NCBI GenBank assembly: GCA_965226495.1
Contig: OZ245365.1
Span: 2,368,001 to 2,432,000, forward strand
Direction: 5' to 3'
Origin: Candidatus Marinacidobacterales bacterium
GTDB taxonomy: Bacteria; Acidobacteriota; Vicinamibacteria; Marinacidobacterales; DATDRI01
DNA length: 64,000 nt
Part shown: positions 20,401 through 30,255 of the stretch, piece after piece
How the letters are laid out: every line of letters begins with the position of its first letter
Position numbering within the stretch: the stretch's first letter is position 1
Notes under the pieces: model-generated
Database searches by the model: none
What the model saw: the letters and a program-made list of their open reading frames with translations, nothing else
Told to the model about the DNA's origin: nothing
Position numbers and translations under genes: made by a program

Positions 20401-21703
20401 CCCGCTTCTTCAGAAGGGGGAAACAAAGCGTTGCCGTGGACAAAAGGATGAACAGGCCGCTGACAAAAAAATCTATGGGTGAGCCGAAAAAATCGTAGAA
20501 AAGGTCGGACGCATAGTGCGCAGGATTGTCGAGTGCGGTGCCGAAACCCAATGGCAGCCTGGCCGACAAGAGGATCAAGCGCAGGCCCCACAAACTGCCC
20601 ACGAAGAGAAAAGCGTTCAGGAGATCGGACTGGCGCCAAAATTTGATGCCTAACCAAATGACAGTGAAGAGCGCCGCCAGGCTCAGGGTGAGGCCCGCTA
20701 CATGTTGAGTCGCGCGCCTGCGTTCGAGGAGCGCCGCAGCAGGAGCTTCGGCCGCCAACGAGACGACCCCTAGCAACTCACCCGAAGGCGGACGCAGCGG
20801 GAAATAAAACACCGGAGCTGAGTCTGTTCCTCCCCAGTAGCGGTCCTCGCTTCTATCGAAGAACAGCGCGAGCTCGGGTGTCGCTTCGCGAACGTCGACG
20901 TAATCCGTCGACACGCTCTTTTGGGACCAACTGCTAACTACATCGAAGTCGCGAAGGTAGCGATTGTCGATACGGCGCCGGGCGTCAAGGGGGATCTCGA
21001 TGCTCAGTCTTCCACCTCCACTCACGAGCGGTTCGATCACGATCAAGTGAGTGAAGACACCTTGCTCGAAAATGAAGATCTGACTGGTCGCTGCCCCATC
21101 GAGAGTTTCGAAGTAGGGCGCAAGGTCGACGGTCTTACCGGTCCACGCAAGGGGGTCGAGGTATTGGTCGTACAGGACCGCACCGGGAACGGTCTCGATG
21201 TTCTCTGCCAGTGGCCGGGGGAGTCGGGCGTTCTCCAGTTTTTGAAAGGCCGCCGCGACGAGTTCGCGAGACTCCGGCTCGGCAACTGCCTCGAGGAGCG
21301 TTGGCTCGGCGGCGAGCCTTTTTGCGATGAGGCTTGCGCGGTGACTCAGATCGGCGAAATGTTCCGTCACTCGCGTCGCCAGTGATTCGCCGTACTGTTG
21401 GTTGAGCTCCCTCCACTCTTCGGGCGAGCGTCGAGCGACCGTTTCGTAGCCACCGAAGCGGATGGCGAGTGCTAGTAGGACGCTGGCGAAGAGCACAAAC
21501 GGAACGGGTTGGTGAGCGAAATCGACCGAGCGGGCCAGAGCGGCCAACGAGACAATGGAAAGACCTCCGACGATCGCGGCGCCCTGAAGCGAAAGCAGTG
21601 TGTGGCCGGAAGCCAAGTCCGCCAGTGTAATCAGGAAGACGAGGAAGGCGATGGCGAGGAAGACGCGGGCGGTATTGGACGTTGGTTTCGCTCCGTTATT
21701 CAT
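17462..21703 (-). CDS. Multi-TM sensor histidine kinase (NtrY-like HAMP-HisKA-HATPase)
   Basis: DEIGALFRSFNQM HAMP; AWAEMARQVAHEIKNPLTPIQL H-box; NLVENS, DTGVGI, FEPYFST, GTGLGL. Confidence 0.92.
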   Translation of the reverse strand: MNNGAKPTSNTARVFLAIAFLVFLITLADLASGHTLLSLQGAAIVGGLSIVSLAALARSVDFAHQPVPFVLFASVLLALAIRFGGYETVARRSPEEWRELNQQYGESLATRVTEHFADLSHRASLIAKRLAAEPTLLEAVAEPESRELVAAAFQKLENARLPRPLAENIETVPGAVLYDQYLDPLAWTGKTVDLAPYFETLDGAATSQIFIFEQGVFTHLIVIEPLVSGGGRLSIEIPLDARRRIDNRYLRDFDVVSSWSQKSVSTDYVDVREATPELALFFDRSEDRYWGGTDSAPVFYFPLRPPSGELLGVVSLAAEAPAAALLERRRATQHVAGLTLSLAALFTVIWLGIKFWRQSDLLNAFLFVGSLWGLRLILLSARLPLGFGTALDNPAHYASDLFYDFFGSPIDFFVSGLFILLSTATLCFPLLKKRGEPVRSLRGLQGLQGLQGWLGAFLAHVSTRVGALALLLLTLGILSNTWSNSNLPLASPGLIPPALPRLAVQLALLMFLFTAGILIVLLIALVEKTSEGSSSRSLHRLARYWALDVLVFAFAYSIFSRGSDSATLALALPLLLAFEFLAFARTWFVGKLQQGGVYSRFATLFLALFVPVLAFYPAIAYYENRIAREFIQGTVAPLVLHHGDSQLYVMRETLRAIERMHVAGQLASPDRNQIAYRVWSGSDLSVFALSSAVEVFDEEGTLVSRFALNFPDTELGWHQPEGPTPQEWVIDEETYPGEPNRPRVFHARRGFPAEDGSQWDFQIRLVADWSNLAFIDTPNPYIDLFRSPTADAPLPFPHRELALYVLDQDGSPIFPPDPALSLDVMGWGAKDSVESEPRWTDKYLEGNRYHTLIFSDPQYVYALAFPAKAFLGYGADVASWAILVALIALFCLSIPMWIGLLGGPKTLRPSDFWADVGTSFYGKLFVAFVLLALIPIASLAFLVRGIMVQQLQQDVEQEGIARARVVSRFVRDYLLLDRIDASERGVAAVSDPLLEWVSSLVKADVDLYSRGELVATSERELFDSGLLPTRAVPAVYREVVIRRASHSIHRESVGAFQYLVVSVPIALERWREPGILSLPLASRQREIDERVAELNQMVLLAALCFFLIAATLAYLLARRIAGPINTLTATTHAVAQGDFDVSLDTSSRDEIGALFRSFNQMTTDLKRQREHLERSKKLEAWAEMARQVAHEIKNPLTPIQLSTEHLLRVYQDPNVDFDEVLKGCSDTILQQIQNLRRISMEFSSFASPFPLSPEPTDLEQLLKETLEPYRQAPPPGVSIEIESSPSLPTITLDRRIIQRAIINLVENSLNALSSKNGDGRVLVTLRPSHSDGHDWVEMEISDTGVGIDAETLARIFEPYFSTRAAGTGLGLAIVHKAVEEHGGDISVESEVGKGTRVLIKLPVESGQVSVDAS

Positions 21704-21858
21704 TCCCTCTCCCGCTAGGAGGGTTCGGCGCTAAAAAGTGTCCTGTCCTTCTGGACGCCAAAACAGCAAGTTGCCAACATCAAACTAGCCAGGCGTCGGG
21801 CGCGAGTTCTTTAAAAGACGGGGCGCCGGAGCCAGGGAGCCCGGGCCAACATGTCAGG

Positions 21859-22383
21859 TTACTTAGAGACAGACTTGAGCTCGAAGATCCGCCAGTCGCC
21901 TTTTTCTTTCTCGAAGGAAAAGTGCAAATGCTCGGTCACTACCGTATCCGAGCCCAACACCATATAGGTCCACTCGGAGCGGAAGAAGGCCCTTCCGTCT
22001 TTGGAGATGGTGATGTCGCTTGGCGAGTACTCGAAAGTGCGAGTCTGCAGATCCTCGAAAAGATTGTCGAAAATGAAGTGCAGCTGGCTGCGGGTGTAAT
22101 ACCCGGCCTCGGTCTTCTTTGACCTCAGGGAGATGAACACCTTCTTGCCGCTGAAACACTCTTCCAGGCGTTCGGTCTCTCGTTCCATGAAAGAAAGCTG
22201 CACCTGGTGGATTCTTTGCTGGAGTCCTTCATCTCGATCCCGGTCGGAATCCGATACCAGACGCTTTACGGAATAGTACTGGCGAGGGGCCTCTTGGGCA
22301 GCCACTGATCCAGTTGAAGGGGCACCTAGCGTGAAAACCATGACCAGCAGCACCGAGAGGGCTACACGTTGAAAGTATCGCAT
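21859..22383 (-). CDS. Secreted protein, DUF4783/NTF2-like
   Basis: Signal peptide from M15 of the ORF; GYYTRSQLHFIFDNLF and C-terminal DWRIFELK. Alternative start 22425. Confidence 0.6.
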   Translation of the reverse strand: MRYFQRVALSVLLVMVFTLGAPSTGSVAAQEAPRQYYSVKRLVSDSDRDRDEGLQQRIHQVQLSFMERETERLEECFSGKKVFISLRSKKTEAGYYTRSQLHFIFDNLFEDLQTRTFEYSPSDITISKDGRAFFRSEWTYMVLGSDTVVTEHLHFSFEKEKGDWRIFELKSVSK

Positions 22384-22446
22384 CTTGTAGAAACCCAACC
22401 CCCATTTTAACTTTCCCCTGCTCATGCTGTCAAAGCTTCCTGATGA

Positions 22447-22594
22447 ACCACCCTCACCCCGGCCCTCTCCCTGAGGGAGAGGGGGTAAAGGAAAACGACC
22501 TCAATTACCACCCTCACCCGGCGTCTGACTACGTTCATTCCTAGCTACACCCTGTCTTGACGCCCCCGCCCCTGAGGGAGAGGGAGTAAAGGAA
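22447..22594. repeat. Two tandem REP-like CCCTCACCC..CCCTCTCCC..GGGAGAGGG palindromes, the second interrupted
   Basis: Copy 1 at 22447-22493; copy 2 at 22507-22594 has the same ends (ACCACCCTCACCC / CCTGAGGGAGAGGG.GTAAAGGAA) with an insert of about 40 nt. Confidence 0.75.
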
Positions 22595-22603
22595 GGTAGG
22601 CAT

Positions 22604-22620
22604 TGCAGGTTCCGTTCCAA
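22604..22620 (-). promoter_or_regulatory. Putative sigma54 (-24/-12) promoter
   Basis: Minus strand TTGGAACGGAACCTGCA, GG-N10-GC spacing. Confidence 0.55.
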
Positions 22621-22694
22621 GGTCCCAGCGATGTCTGGCGTGCGATTTCGGGTATTTAGGCCTGCGGAGAGTCTCTCTCTAGGACACTTCTGTC

Positions 22695-24095
22695 CTACGG
22701 CGGAGTGATCGGAACAGTGGGCGGGTTTTCGCTGGGCGGGCTGGGCGGGGTTTCGCTGGGCGGGGTTTCGCTGGGCGGGGTCTCGCTGGGCGGGGTCTCG
22801 CTGGGCGGGGTTTCGCCGGTTGGCGTCTCGCCTTCCAGCGCGCCTTCTTCGCCGGGCGTGATTTTGGGAGGGGGAGCCATGGTTTGTAGAAGGAGCAATT
22901 GACCGGAGCGTAACGGTAGGGCGAGGCCCCCAGGCGTCAGAGTAGGCGCCGGAAGTATCTCCGTCGGCGCCGTGTAAATGGGGGTGTCACTCGTTCCTCC
23001 GGAGCCGTACTCGGCCACTTGACCGTCGAAGGTCACCACGACGACGCGTCGCCGTGCTCGTTCGGGTGAGGCAGCGGGTCGGCCCGGTAGATTGGCTCTC
23101 CAAAGCTCGTGACCGTTCCCGGGACGGTAGCAAAAAAGAGTATTGGCAAATGTCGCGACGTAGACTCGATCCTCCTCGACCAGCGGTGACAACGGGATCG
23201 CCGCACCGGTTGGCCATCGGTAGTGGACTTTGCCGTTCCGGGCGGAAAGGGAATAGAAGACGCCCTTGGTGTCCCCGATGAAGATTCTTTCGTTCTTGGA
23301 ATCGAAAACGGCGGGTGCCGGGAAGGTTCCACGTCCCTGAAACTGCCATCGCATGAGGCCCGATTTCGAGTCCAGGGCGTGTAGAGCGCCCGCCTGATCG
23401 GAGACGACGAGTAAGTCGCCCCCGACGGCCATCGCCAGTGGCGTGTCTTGGACCGCGGCACGCCAAATTTCCTGCGTCTTGTCGATGTCATAGCCGATGA
23501 TCACTGCGTCGGGGGTGGCCAAGAAAACGACGTTTTCCTGCCAAGTGGGCGGGAGGGAAGGGGAGATACCCGTCGAGAGCTCCTTCGCTATCACTCCCGT
23601 GGCGGGATCAACCAGAAACAGGGTGCCCGAGCGGTCGACGATGAGAAGCGTCTCGGACATTAGAGAAGGCGGAAGGAGCCTGCTGCCGGGAAGGCCGAGC
23701 TTCCATAACAGCTCGCCCGTCTTGCTGTCGAGCCGCATCGCTGCCGCGGCTTCTGTGACAACGATGAGGGAGTCCTCGAAGAGGAGGGCGGGTCCCACAG
23801 GGAGAGCGCCCAGATCGACTTGCGCGAGACGCTGGAGAGGAAGCAAGCCGGGCTGCCTCGTGGGTCCTTTGTCTTCGTCGCCCTCCGCGTCGTTTGCCTC
23901 TTCCTTATGTTCGGACTCCGCCGCTGGAGTCTGTTTTGTCTCCGGGGCCTGTTCAGCCTGTTCAGCCTGTTCAGCCTGCCCAGCCTGTTGAGCCTGTTCA
24001 GATTGTCGGGGTTCTTGCTGTGATTGGGCAGGGGGGTGGCCGAAGGCCGACGCGCGCGCATTCAGTAAGAGGAGTGCCAGGACGATGGAATGCAT
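22695..24095 (-). CDS. PQQ-like beta-propeller protein (BamB-like) with low-complexity termini
   Basis: Repeated LD..TG...W blades; signal peptide MHSIVLALLLLNARASAFG; start moved from 24137 because TTGACT-N16-TATGAT overlaps the longer ORF start. Confidence 0.8.
   Translation of the reverse strand: MHSIVLALLLLNARASAFGHPPAQSQQEPRQSEQAQQAGQAEQAEQAEQAPETKQTPAAESEHKEEANDAEGDEDKGPTRQPGLLPLQRLAQVDLGALPVGPALLFEDSLIVVTEAAAAMRLDSKTGELLWKLGLPGSRLLPPSLMSETLLIVDRSGTLFLVDPATGVIAKELSTGISPSLPPTWQENVVFLATPDAVIIGYDIDKTQEIWRAAVQDTPLAMAVGGDLLVVSDQAGALHALDSKSGLMRWQFQGRGTFPAPAVFDSKNERIFIGDTKGVFYSLSARNGKVHYRWPTGAAIPLSPLVEEDRVYVATFANTLFCYRPGNGHELWRANLPGRPAASPERARRRVVVVTFDGQVAEYGSGGTSDTPIYTAPTEILPAPTLTPGGLALPLRSGQLLLLQTMAPPPKITPGEEGALEGETPTGETPPSETPPSETPPSETPPSETPPSPPSENPPTVPITPP
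22741..22815. repeat. 15-nt tandem repeat x5 encoding ETPPS
   Basis: CTGGGCGGGGTYTCG x5. Confidence 0.9.
23946..23999. repeat. 9-nt tandem repeat x6 (AGCCTGTTC-like) encoding EQA
   Basis: GGCCTGTTC AGCCTGTTC AGCCTGTTC AGCCTGCCC AGCCTGTTG AGCCTGTTC. Confidence 0.9.
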
Positions 24096-24180
24096 CAGGT
24101 TCGACATCATAGGTGTCAACGGTGGGAAGTCAAGCACTCCACAAGATATTGTTGGGGTCGCCGTCTTCCATAACTAGTTC

Positions 24181-24209
24181 TTGTGATCCGGAGCCCACAT
24201 GCATATAAT
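24181..24209 (+). promoter_or_regulatory. Putative sigma70 promoter of guaA-dnaE
   Basis: TTGTGA-N17-TATAAT. Confidence 0.55.
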
Positions 24210-24229
24210 GCCTGCCTTCAACAGAGTCT

Positions 24230-25804
24230 ATGGCAGTCAGGGCGCACGAAACCGTTCTCATACTTGATTTCGGCTCCCAGTATACGCAGTTGATCGCCCG
24301 CCGCCTCCGCGAGATGTCGGTCTACTGCGAGATTCTTCCTTTCTCCACGCCGCTTGATGAGATCCGCCGGCGCCTGCAAGGTCCGCAAAACCCGCAAAAT
24401 AAGCTGCGAGGGCTCATTCTTTCCGGTGGCCCCCAAAGCGTCTATGAGCCCGACGCACCGCGCTGCAGCCCGAGTCTTCTGGACCTCGAGGTTCCGGTCC
24501 TGGGCATCTGTTACGGCATGCAACTGATGAGTCAGTTTCTGGGCTCCGAAGTTCGCCCCGCCGGGCGTCGCGAGTATGGCTTCGCGAACCTCCACTTTAA
24601 CGGCTCGAGTCGCTTGTTCGCCGGCATCGGCTCTCCGCTTCGAGTCTGGGCTAGCCACGGGGACTCCATCGAGAAAGCACCGGACGGATTCCGGGTCACC
24701 GCCCACACCGAGTCGGCGCCGGTCGCTGCATTCGAGGAGGTTGACCGCGGGCTATTCGGAGTGCAATTTCATCCCGAAGTCGCGCACACCGAACAGGGCA
24801 CGGCGATCTTGCGAAACTTCGCGTTCGATGTGTGTGGGCTCGCCGGGGATTGGAGCATGAGCTCCTTCACGCGCGAGTCTGTGGAAAGGATTAGCGAAAC
24901 GGTTGGTTCAGACTCGGTACTATGTGCGCTCTCCGGTGGAGTGGACTCCGCGGTCACGGCGCTTCTGGTGCACCGAGCCATCGGCGACCGGCTCACATGC
25001 GTTTTCGTGGACAACGGCCTTTTGAGGAAGAACGAAGCTGCACAGGTGATGGAGCGGTTCGGAGATAGGCTTCATCTTAAAGTCATTCATGCTGATGCCG
25101 CCGCACGTTTTCTCCGACGACTGAAGAACGTGGCCGATCCCGAAAAGAAACGAAAGATCATCGGCAGAGAGTTCATCGCGGTCTTCAAGGAAGAGGCCCG
25201 CAAGATCCCCGACGCCCGTTTCTTGGCCCAAGGGACTTTGTATCCGGACGTGATCGAGAGCGTGTCCCTCCGAGGTGCTTCCGACGTGATCAAAAGCCAT
25301 CACAACGTCGGTGGTCTTCCGCGCCGGCTCAAGTTCAAGCTCATCGAACCGCTCCGGGAGCTCTTCAAAGATGAAGTGCGCCAATTGGGTCTCGAGCTCG
25401 GACTAGATAAGATGTTCGTCCACCGCCAACCGTTCCCCGGCCCTGGCTTGGCGGTGCGAATTCTCGGTGGCGTGACCGCGGAGAGGTGCGCCATTCTCCG
25501 CGAGGCGGACGATGTTCTCCAGTCGGAAATCAAGAGGGCCGGTCTATACGAGAAAATATGGCAATCCTTCGCGGTCCTGCTGCCGGTGAAAAGTGTAGGC
25601 GTGATGGGAGACGCTCGGACTTATGAGAACGCGATTGCGATCCGGGCTGTGGAGAGCGTAGACGGCATGACCGCGGATTGGGCGAAGCTGCCAGCGGAGC
25701 TCCTGGAAAGAGTATCCAGCCGGATCATCGGTGAGGTCCGAGGGGTCAACCGCGTGGTATACGATATCTCGTCCAAGCCACCGGCCACCATCGAATGGGA
25801 GTAG
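24230..25804 (+). CDS. guaA: GMP synthase (glutamine-hydrolysing)
   Basis: [60 protein letters not shown]. Confidence 0.98.
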   Translation: MAVRAHETVLILDFGSQYTQLIARRLREMSVYCEILPFSTPLDEIRRRLQGPQNPQNKLRGLILSGGPQSVYEPDAPRCSPSLLDLEVPVLGICYGMQLMSQFLGSEVRPAGRREYGFANLHFNGSSRLFAGIGSPLRVWASHGDSIEKAPDGFRVTAHTESAPVAAFEEVDRGLFGVQFHPEVAHTEQGTAILRNFAFDVCGLAGDWSMSSFTRESVERISETVGSDSVLCALSGGVDSAVTALLVHRAIGDRLTCVFVDNGLLRKNEAAQVMERFGDRLHLKVIHADAAARFLRRLKNVADPEKKRKIIGREFIAVFKEEARKIPDARFLAQGTLYPDVIESVSLRGASDVIKSHHNVGGLPRRLKFKLIEPLRELFKDEVRQLGLELGLDKMFVHRQPFPGPGLAVRILGGVTAERCAILREADDVLQSEIKRAGLYEKIWQSFAVLLPVKSVGVMGDARTYENAIAIRAVESVDGMTADWAKLPAELLERVSSRIIGEVRGVNRVVYDISSKPPATIEWE

Positions 25805-25810
25805 GCGAGC

Positions 25811-28800
25811 GTGCGGCCTTTCATACACCTTCACAACCATAGCGATTTCTCACTGCTCGACGGGGCGAGTCGCATTGAGGAAATCGTCGACCTCGCTGCG
25901 CGATTGAAGATGCCTGCGGTAGCACTCACCGACCACGGGAACATGTTCGGCGCCATCGCGTTTTTTCAAGCCGCTAAGGCAAAAGGCGTCAAGCCGATTC
26001 TAGGTTGTGAGATCTACGTCGCGCCGGGTAGTCGCTTCGACCGCACCCCCGGAGGCGGCATTTCCGATACCAACAACCACTTGGTCCTGCTGGCGGAAAG
26101 TTACAAAGGCTACACCAACCTCGTGAAGTTGGTGACCGCGGGTTACCTCGAGGGTTTTTACTATAGGCCACGAATCGACAAAGAGCTTCTCGCGACCCAC
26201 TCGGAGGGCCTGATCGGGCTCTCCGCATGTCTCAAAGGGGAAGTGCCTTCGGCCGCGCTCCGGGGCGCCGAGGCTGCCATGCTAAAGGCAGCCGGGACCT
26301 ACGAAGATATCCTAGGCAAGGGCAATTTCTTCCTCGAGATCCAAGACCAAGGGCTCGAAGAAGAAGTGACCGTGAATACGAGACTGATGACCTTGGCTCG
26401 GCAAACGGGTCTGCCGACGGTTGCTACCAACGACTGTCATTACATACGCCGCGAAGACGCCGTGGCCCACGACATTCTGCTTTGTATCGGGACCGGCAAG
26501 AAAGTAGCCGACGCGGAGCGGATGCGCTACCGGGGCGAGGAGTTCTACTTCAAGTCCTCGGAAGAGATGGCGGAGGTGTTCCAGGGCTACCAAGAAGCCT
26601 ACGACAACACACTGGCCATCGCGGAACGGGTCAGCTTGGATTTGGAACGTGACAACTTCCACCTCCCGCAGTTCGACGTACCCGAAGGAGAGACCCTCGA
26701 AGGGTACTTCGAAAAGGTCGTCACCGAGGGGTTCCTGGAGCGGATGAAACGGGTCGAGGAGCGCCACGCTGCCGGAGAGCTCCGCACCGGGACCGCCGAC
26801 TACGAGCCCCGGCTCAAGAGAGAGCTCGAAATCATCAAGAAAATGGGCTTCCCTGGCTACTTCCTCATCGTCTGGGATTTCATCCGCTTCGCGCGGGAGA
26901 AGGGGATTCCCGTCGGACCAGGTCGTGGTTCCGCCGCAGGGAGCCTCGTCGCCTTTTCTCTTCGCATCACCGACATCGATCCGTTGGAACACGGACTCAT
27001 CTTCGAGCGCTTCTTGAATCCCGAACGCATCAGCATGCCGGATATCGACATCGACTTCTGCGAGGCGCGCCGCGGGGAAGTCATCGACTACGTTACGCAG
27101 CGCTACGGCCGGGACAACGTCGCGCAGATCATTACCTTCGGGACGATGAAGGCCCGCGCTGTGACACGAGACGTGGGACGCGTTCTGGACGTGCCCTACG
27201 CGGAGGTGGATCGCATTGCGAAGATGATACCGGCGGCGCTGGATACGACGCTCGAGAAAGCGCTAGAAGAAGTGCCGCAGCTTCGCGAGGCCGCCGAAGC
27301 CGACCCGAGAATCGGCCGCCTCCTGGATGCGGCGAAACGTCTGGAAGGGGTCAGTCGGCACGCTTCGACGCACGCCGCGGGGGTCGTGATCGCGCCGAAA
27401 CCTCTCACCGAGTTTCTACCGCTTTACCGCGGGAGCCGAGGTGAAATCACGACCCAGTATGCGATGAAGGACATCGAAGACATCGGTCTTCTGAAGATGG
27501 ACTTCCTGGGTCTTCGCACCCTCACACTTATCGACAACTGCGTGAAGCTCATCGACAAGCAACTGGGAGAGCAGATCCAGCTCGACCGCTTGCCGCTCGA
27601 CGACGCTAAGACCTATCAGCTGTTTGCCGATGGGCAAACCTTTGGCATCTTCCAATTTGAAAGCGACGGGATGCGGGACATACTGCGTCGCTTCAAACCG
27701 GAAAAGCTATCGGACTTGACCGCATTGAATGCGCTCTACCGGCCCGGGCCCATCCGCAGCGGCATGATCGATGACTTCATCAAGCGTAAGCACGGCAAAG
27801 TCCCGGTGCGTTACGAAGTGCCGGAGCTGCAGGACATCCTCGAGGACACGCTGGGAGTGATGGTCTATCAGGAGCAGGTGATGCAGATCGCCTCGCGCCT
27901 GGCAGGTTTCAGCCTCGGTCAGGCGGATCTCCTCCGAAAGGCCATGGGTAAAAAGAAGGCCGATGTCATGGAGGCGCAACGAGAGAAGTTCATCACTGGG
28001 GCGGTCGCCAACAAAATCCCGGAGAAGAAGGCCAAGAAAATATTCGAATTGATGGAGCATTTCGGAGGTTACGGTTTCAACCGCTCGCACTCCGCCGCCT
28101 ATGCGCTCTTGGCTTTCCAAACCGCCTATCTGAAGGCGAACTTTCCGGTTTTCTTCATGGCGGCTCTGCTGACCTCGGAAAGACAAAACACCGATAAGGT
28201 GGTTCACTATTTGAGTGTTGGGCGAAAGATGGGTATCAAGATTCTCCCTCCCGACATCAACAAAAGCGCTTTGGATTTCACAGTGGTGGAAGGGGATATT
28301 CGTTTCGGCCTCGCCGCCATCAAGAACGTCGGAGAATCGGCCATCGAGTCGATCCTCGAGGCGCGGGCGACACGGGGAGGTAGCTTCGAGTCGCTCGTCG
28401 ATCTTTGCGAGGATGCGGATCTGCGTTTGGTGAACAAGAGAGTGCTCGAGGCGCTCATTAAGTCCAGCAGCCTCGACTCATTCGGAGGCCAACGCTCCCA
28501 GCTCTACGCGATGATCGACCGCGCCCTCGACCACGGACAGCGAGTCCAGCGGGAACGGGAGAGCGGGCAGGCGAACCTCTTCGGTGACGCCGAAACGACG
28601 CGGCGGCATCCTGAACTGATGAAGCTCCCCGACCTTCCCGAATGGAGTGAGAGAGAGCGGCTGGGTTTCGAAAAGGCGACGTTGGGTTTTTTCTTGAGCG
28701 GTCATCCGCTAGAGAGGTTTCGCGCTGAGCTCGAAAGCTACGCGAGTTGCACCACCGGCCAGATCATGGAGAAGGTCGGTGAGCGCCAAGTGGCTGTGGG

Positions 28801-29305
28801 AGGACTCATCGCGAGTGTGAAGACCCTCCGAACTCGCAAGGGAGACCCGATGGCGATCGTGCGACTGGAAGACCAAGAGGGCGCCGCAGAAGTCGTGGTA
28901 TTTCCAGACGCCTACAAGGAGTACTACGGGCTATTGAGTACCGACACTGAGGTGCTCGTCAAAGGAAAGCCGGAGGGCGGCGAAGATTTGCCCAAGATCT
29001 TGGCGAGCGAGCTCGTACTGCTCGAAGAAATGGGGCAGAGAGAAGCCTCCTCCATGACGGTGCGAGTTCAGATCGAGTCGTTCCTGGAAGACACGGTCCC
29101 GCACCTGCGGGAGCTTTTGGAGGCCAATCGAGGCGAGTGTCCCATCCGGTTCGAGCTCTTTCGTGACCACGAATTCTCGTTGGCTATGAAACCCCATCCT
29201 TATTTGAGGGTACAACCGAGCCCAGAGTTCGTCTCCAGCCTCGAGGCCATCTGCGGCCCGGGCTCGGTTCAGCTCTTCCGACAGGCGTCTGACCACGTTG
29301 ATTAG
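25811..29305 (+). CDS. dnaE: DNA polymerase III alpha subunit
   Basis: HLHNHSDFSLLDG PHP domain, GPGRGSAAGSLVA, MPDIDIDF, LLKMDFLGL, GYGFNRSH. Confidence 0.98.
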   Translation: MRPFIHLHNHSDFSLLDGASRIEEIVDLAARLKMPAVALTDHGNMFGAIAFFQAAKAKGVKPILGCEIYVAPGSRFDRTPGGGISDTNNHLVLLAESYKGYTNLVKLVTAGYLEGFYYRPRIDKELLATHSEGLIGLSACLKGEVPSAALRGAEAAMLKAAGTYEDILGKGNFFLEIQDQGLEEEVTVNTRLMTLARQTGLPTVATNDCHYIRREDAVAHDILLCIGTGKKVADAERMRYRGEEFYFKSSEEMAEVFQGYQEAYDNTLAIAERVSLDLERDNFHLPQFDVPEGETLEGYFEKVVTEGFLERMKRVEERHAAGELRTGTADYEPRLKRELEIIKKMGFPGYFLIVWDFIRFAREKGIPVGPGRGSAAGSLVAFSLRITDIDPLEHGLIFERFLNPERISMPDIDIDFCEARRGEVIDYVTQRYGRDNVAQIITFGTMKARAVTRDVGRVLDVPYAEVDRIAKMIPAALDTTLEKALEEVPQLREAAEADPRIGRLLDAAKRLEGVSRHASTHAAGVVIAPKPLTEFLPLYRGSRGEITTQYAMKDIEDIGLLKMDFLGLRTLTLIDNCVKLIDKQLGEQIQLDRLPLDDAKTYQLFADGQTFGIFQFESDGMRDILRRFKPEKLSDLTALNALYRPGPIRSGMIDDFIKRKHGKVPVRYEVPELQDILEDTLGVMVYQEQVMQIASRLAGFSLGQADLLRKAMGKKKADVMEAQREKFITGAVANKIPEKKAKKIFELMEHFGGYGFNRSHSAAYALLAFQTAYLKANFPVFFMAALLTSERQNTDKVVHYLSVGRKMGIKILPPDINKSALDFTVVEGDIRFGLAAIKNVGESAIESILEARATRGGSFESLVDLCEDADLRLVNKRVLEALIKSSSLDSFGGQRSQLYAMIDRALDHGQRVQRERESGQANLFGDAETTRRHPELMKLPDLPEWSERERLGFEKATLGFFLSGHPLERFRAELESYASCTTGQIMEKVGERQVAVGGLIASVKTLRTRKGDPMAIVRLEDQEGAAEVVVFPDAYKEYYGLLSTDTEVLVKGKPEGGEDLPKILASELVLLEEMGQREASSMTVRVQIESFLEDTVPHLRELLEANRGECPIRFELFRDHEFSLAMKPHPYLRVQPSPEFVSSLEAICGPGSVQLFRQASDHVD

Positions 29306-29377
29306 TGCGCCGACGTGTTTTGACGCCAAACATGAAAGACACGCAACTCTGACGGAGCAGGTTAGCAGGAGGTCGAC

Positions 29378-30208
29378 ATGATTAGCACTCTCATTCTGAG
29401 TAGCTGGCTTTTGTTCTCGGCTCAGGAAGAAACCATCATTAAGGTGGATAAGCTCGCGGATAACGTTTACCTGTACACGCACAACGCCCACCGCTCACTC
29501 TTCGTCGTGACCGATGACGGGATCTTGGTGACCGACCCACAGTCATCCGAAAGTGCGCCGCGCTATTTGGAGGAGGTGCGAAAGATCAGTCAGGCACCTA
29601 TCCGCTATGTGGTCTATAGCCACCACCACGATGATCACATCTCTGGCGGGGCGGTGTTCGGCGGTGAGGCGGTCGTCGTCGGACACGCCAATGTTCCAGG
29701 GCATCTTTCTGGCGATTCCGCGGGGAGCATCGTCCCGGTCGACGTGACGTTTTCGAACCTCATGTCGTTTCACCTTGGCGAACTGGAAGTGCAGCTCATC
29801 TACCCCGGCCCGTCCGAGACGGACAGCAACATCGTTGTGCTAGTCCCCGAACGCAAGGTCGCGTTCATGGTGGACGCGATCGCGTCTCGGAGGCTCCCCT
29901 GGCGCACGCTCGGAAACGCGGATCCCTACGAGTGGCTCGCCGCCCTCAAGGAGCTAGACGAGCTCGATTTCGAAATTCTGGCACCGGGCCACGGACCCAC
30001 CGGCACCAAGGCCAACGTGGGAGAGTACGTCCAGTACTTCACGGATCTCATCGAGGCGGTCAAAAAACGCGTGGACCAAGGGCAGACTTTGACGGAGATT
30101 CAGGAATCGCTGCAGCTCCCGGCCTACTCTGATTGGTTCCGCTACGATGAGCACCTGAAGCTCAACATAGAAGGCGTCTACCGGACACTCACGACCGACA
30201 CCGAGTAG
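29378..30208 (+). CDS. Secreted metallo-beta-lactamase fold hydrolase
   Basis: YSHHHDDHISG, LAPGHG, AGGAGG RBS, hydrophobic N-terminus. Confidence 0.88.
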   Translation: MISTLILSSWLLFSAQEETIIKVDKLADNVYLYTHNAHRSLFVVTDDGILVTDPQSSESAPRYLEEVRKISQAPIRYVVYSHHHDDHISGGAVFGGEAVVVGHANVPGHLSGDSAGSIVPVDVTFSNLMSFHLGELEVQLIYPGPSETDSNIVVLVPERKVAFMVDAIASRRLPWRTLGNADPYEWLAALKELDELDFEILAPGHGPTGTKANVGEYVQYFTDLIEAVKKRVDQGQTLTEIQESLQLPAYSDWFRYDEHLKLNIEGVYRTLTTDTE

Positions 30209-30255
30209 CGGCGCGTCTTCTTCAGCAGGCTTCAATTGGCGCAGCCGGTGTCTTG

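Noticed and set aside
22741-22815. ETPPS repeat as part of the 9-nt repeat phenomenon
   Set aside because: Period 15 with a different core; best explained as an ordinary Pro-rich tail expansion.
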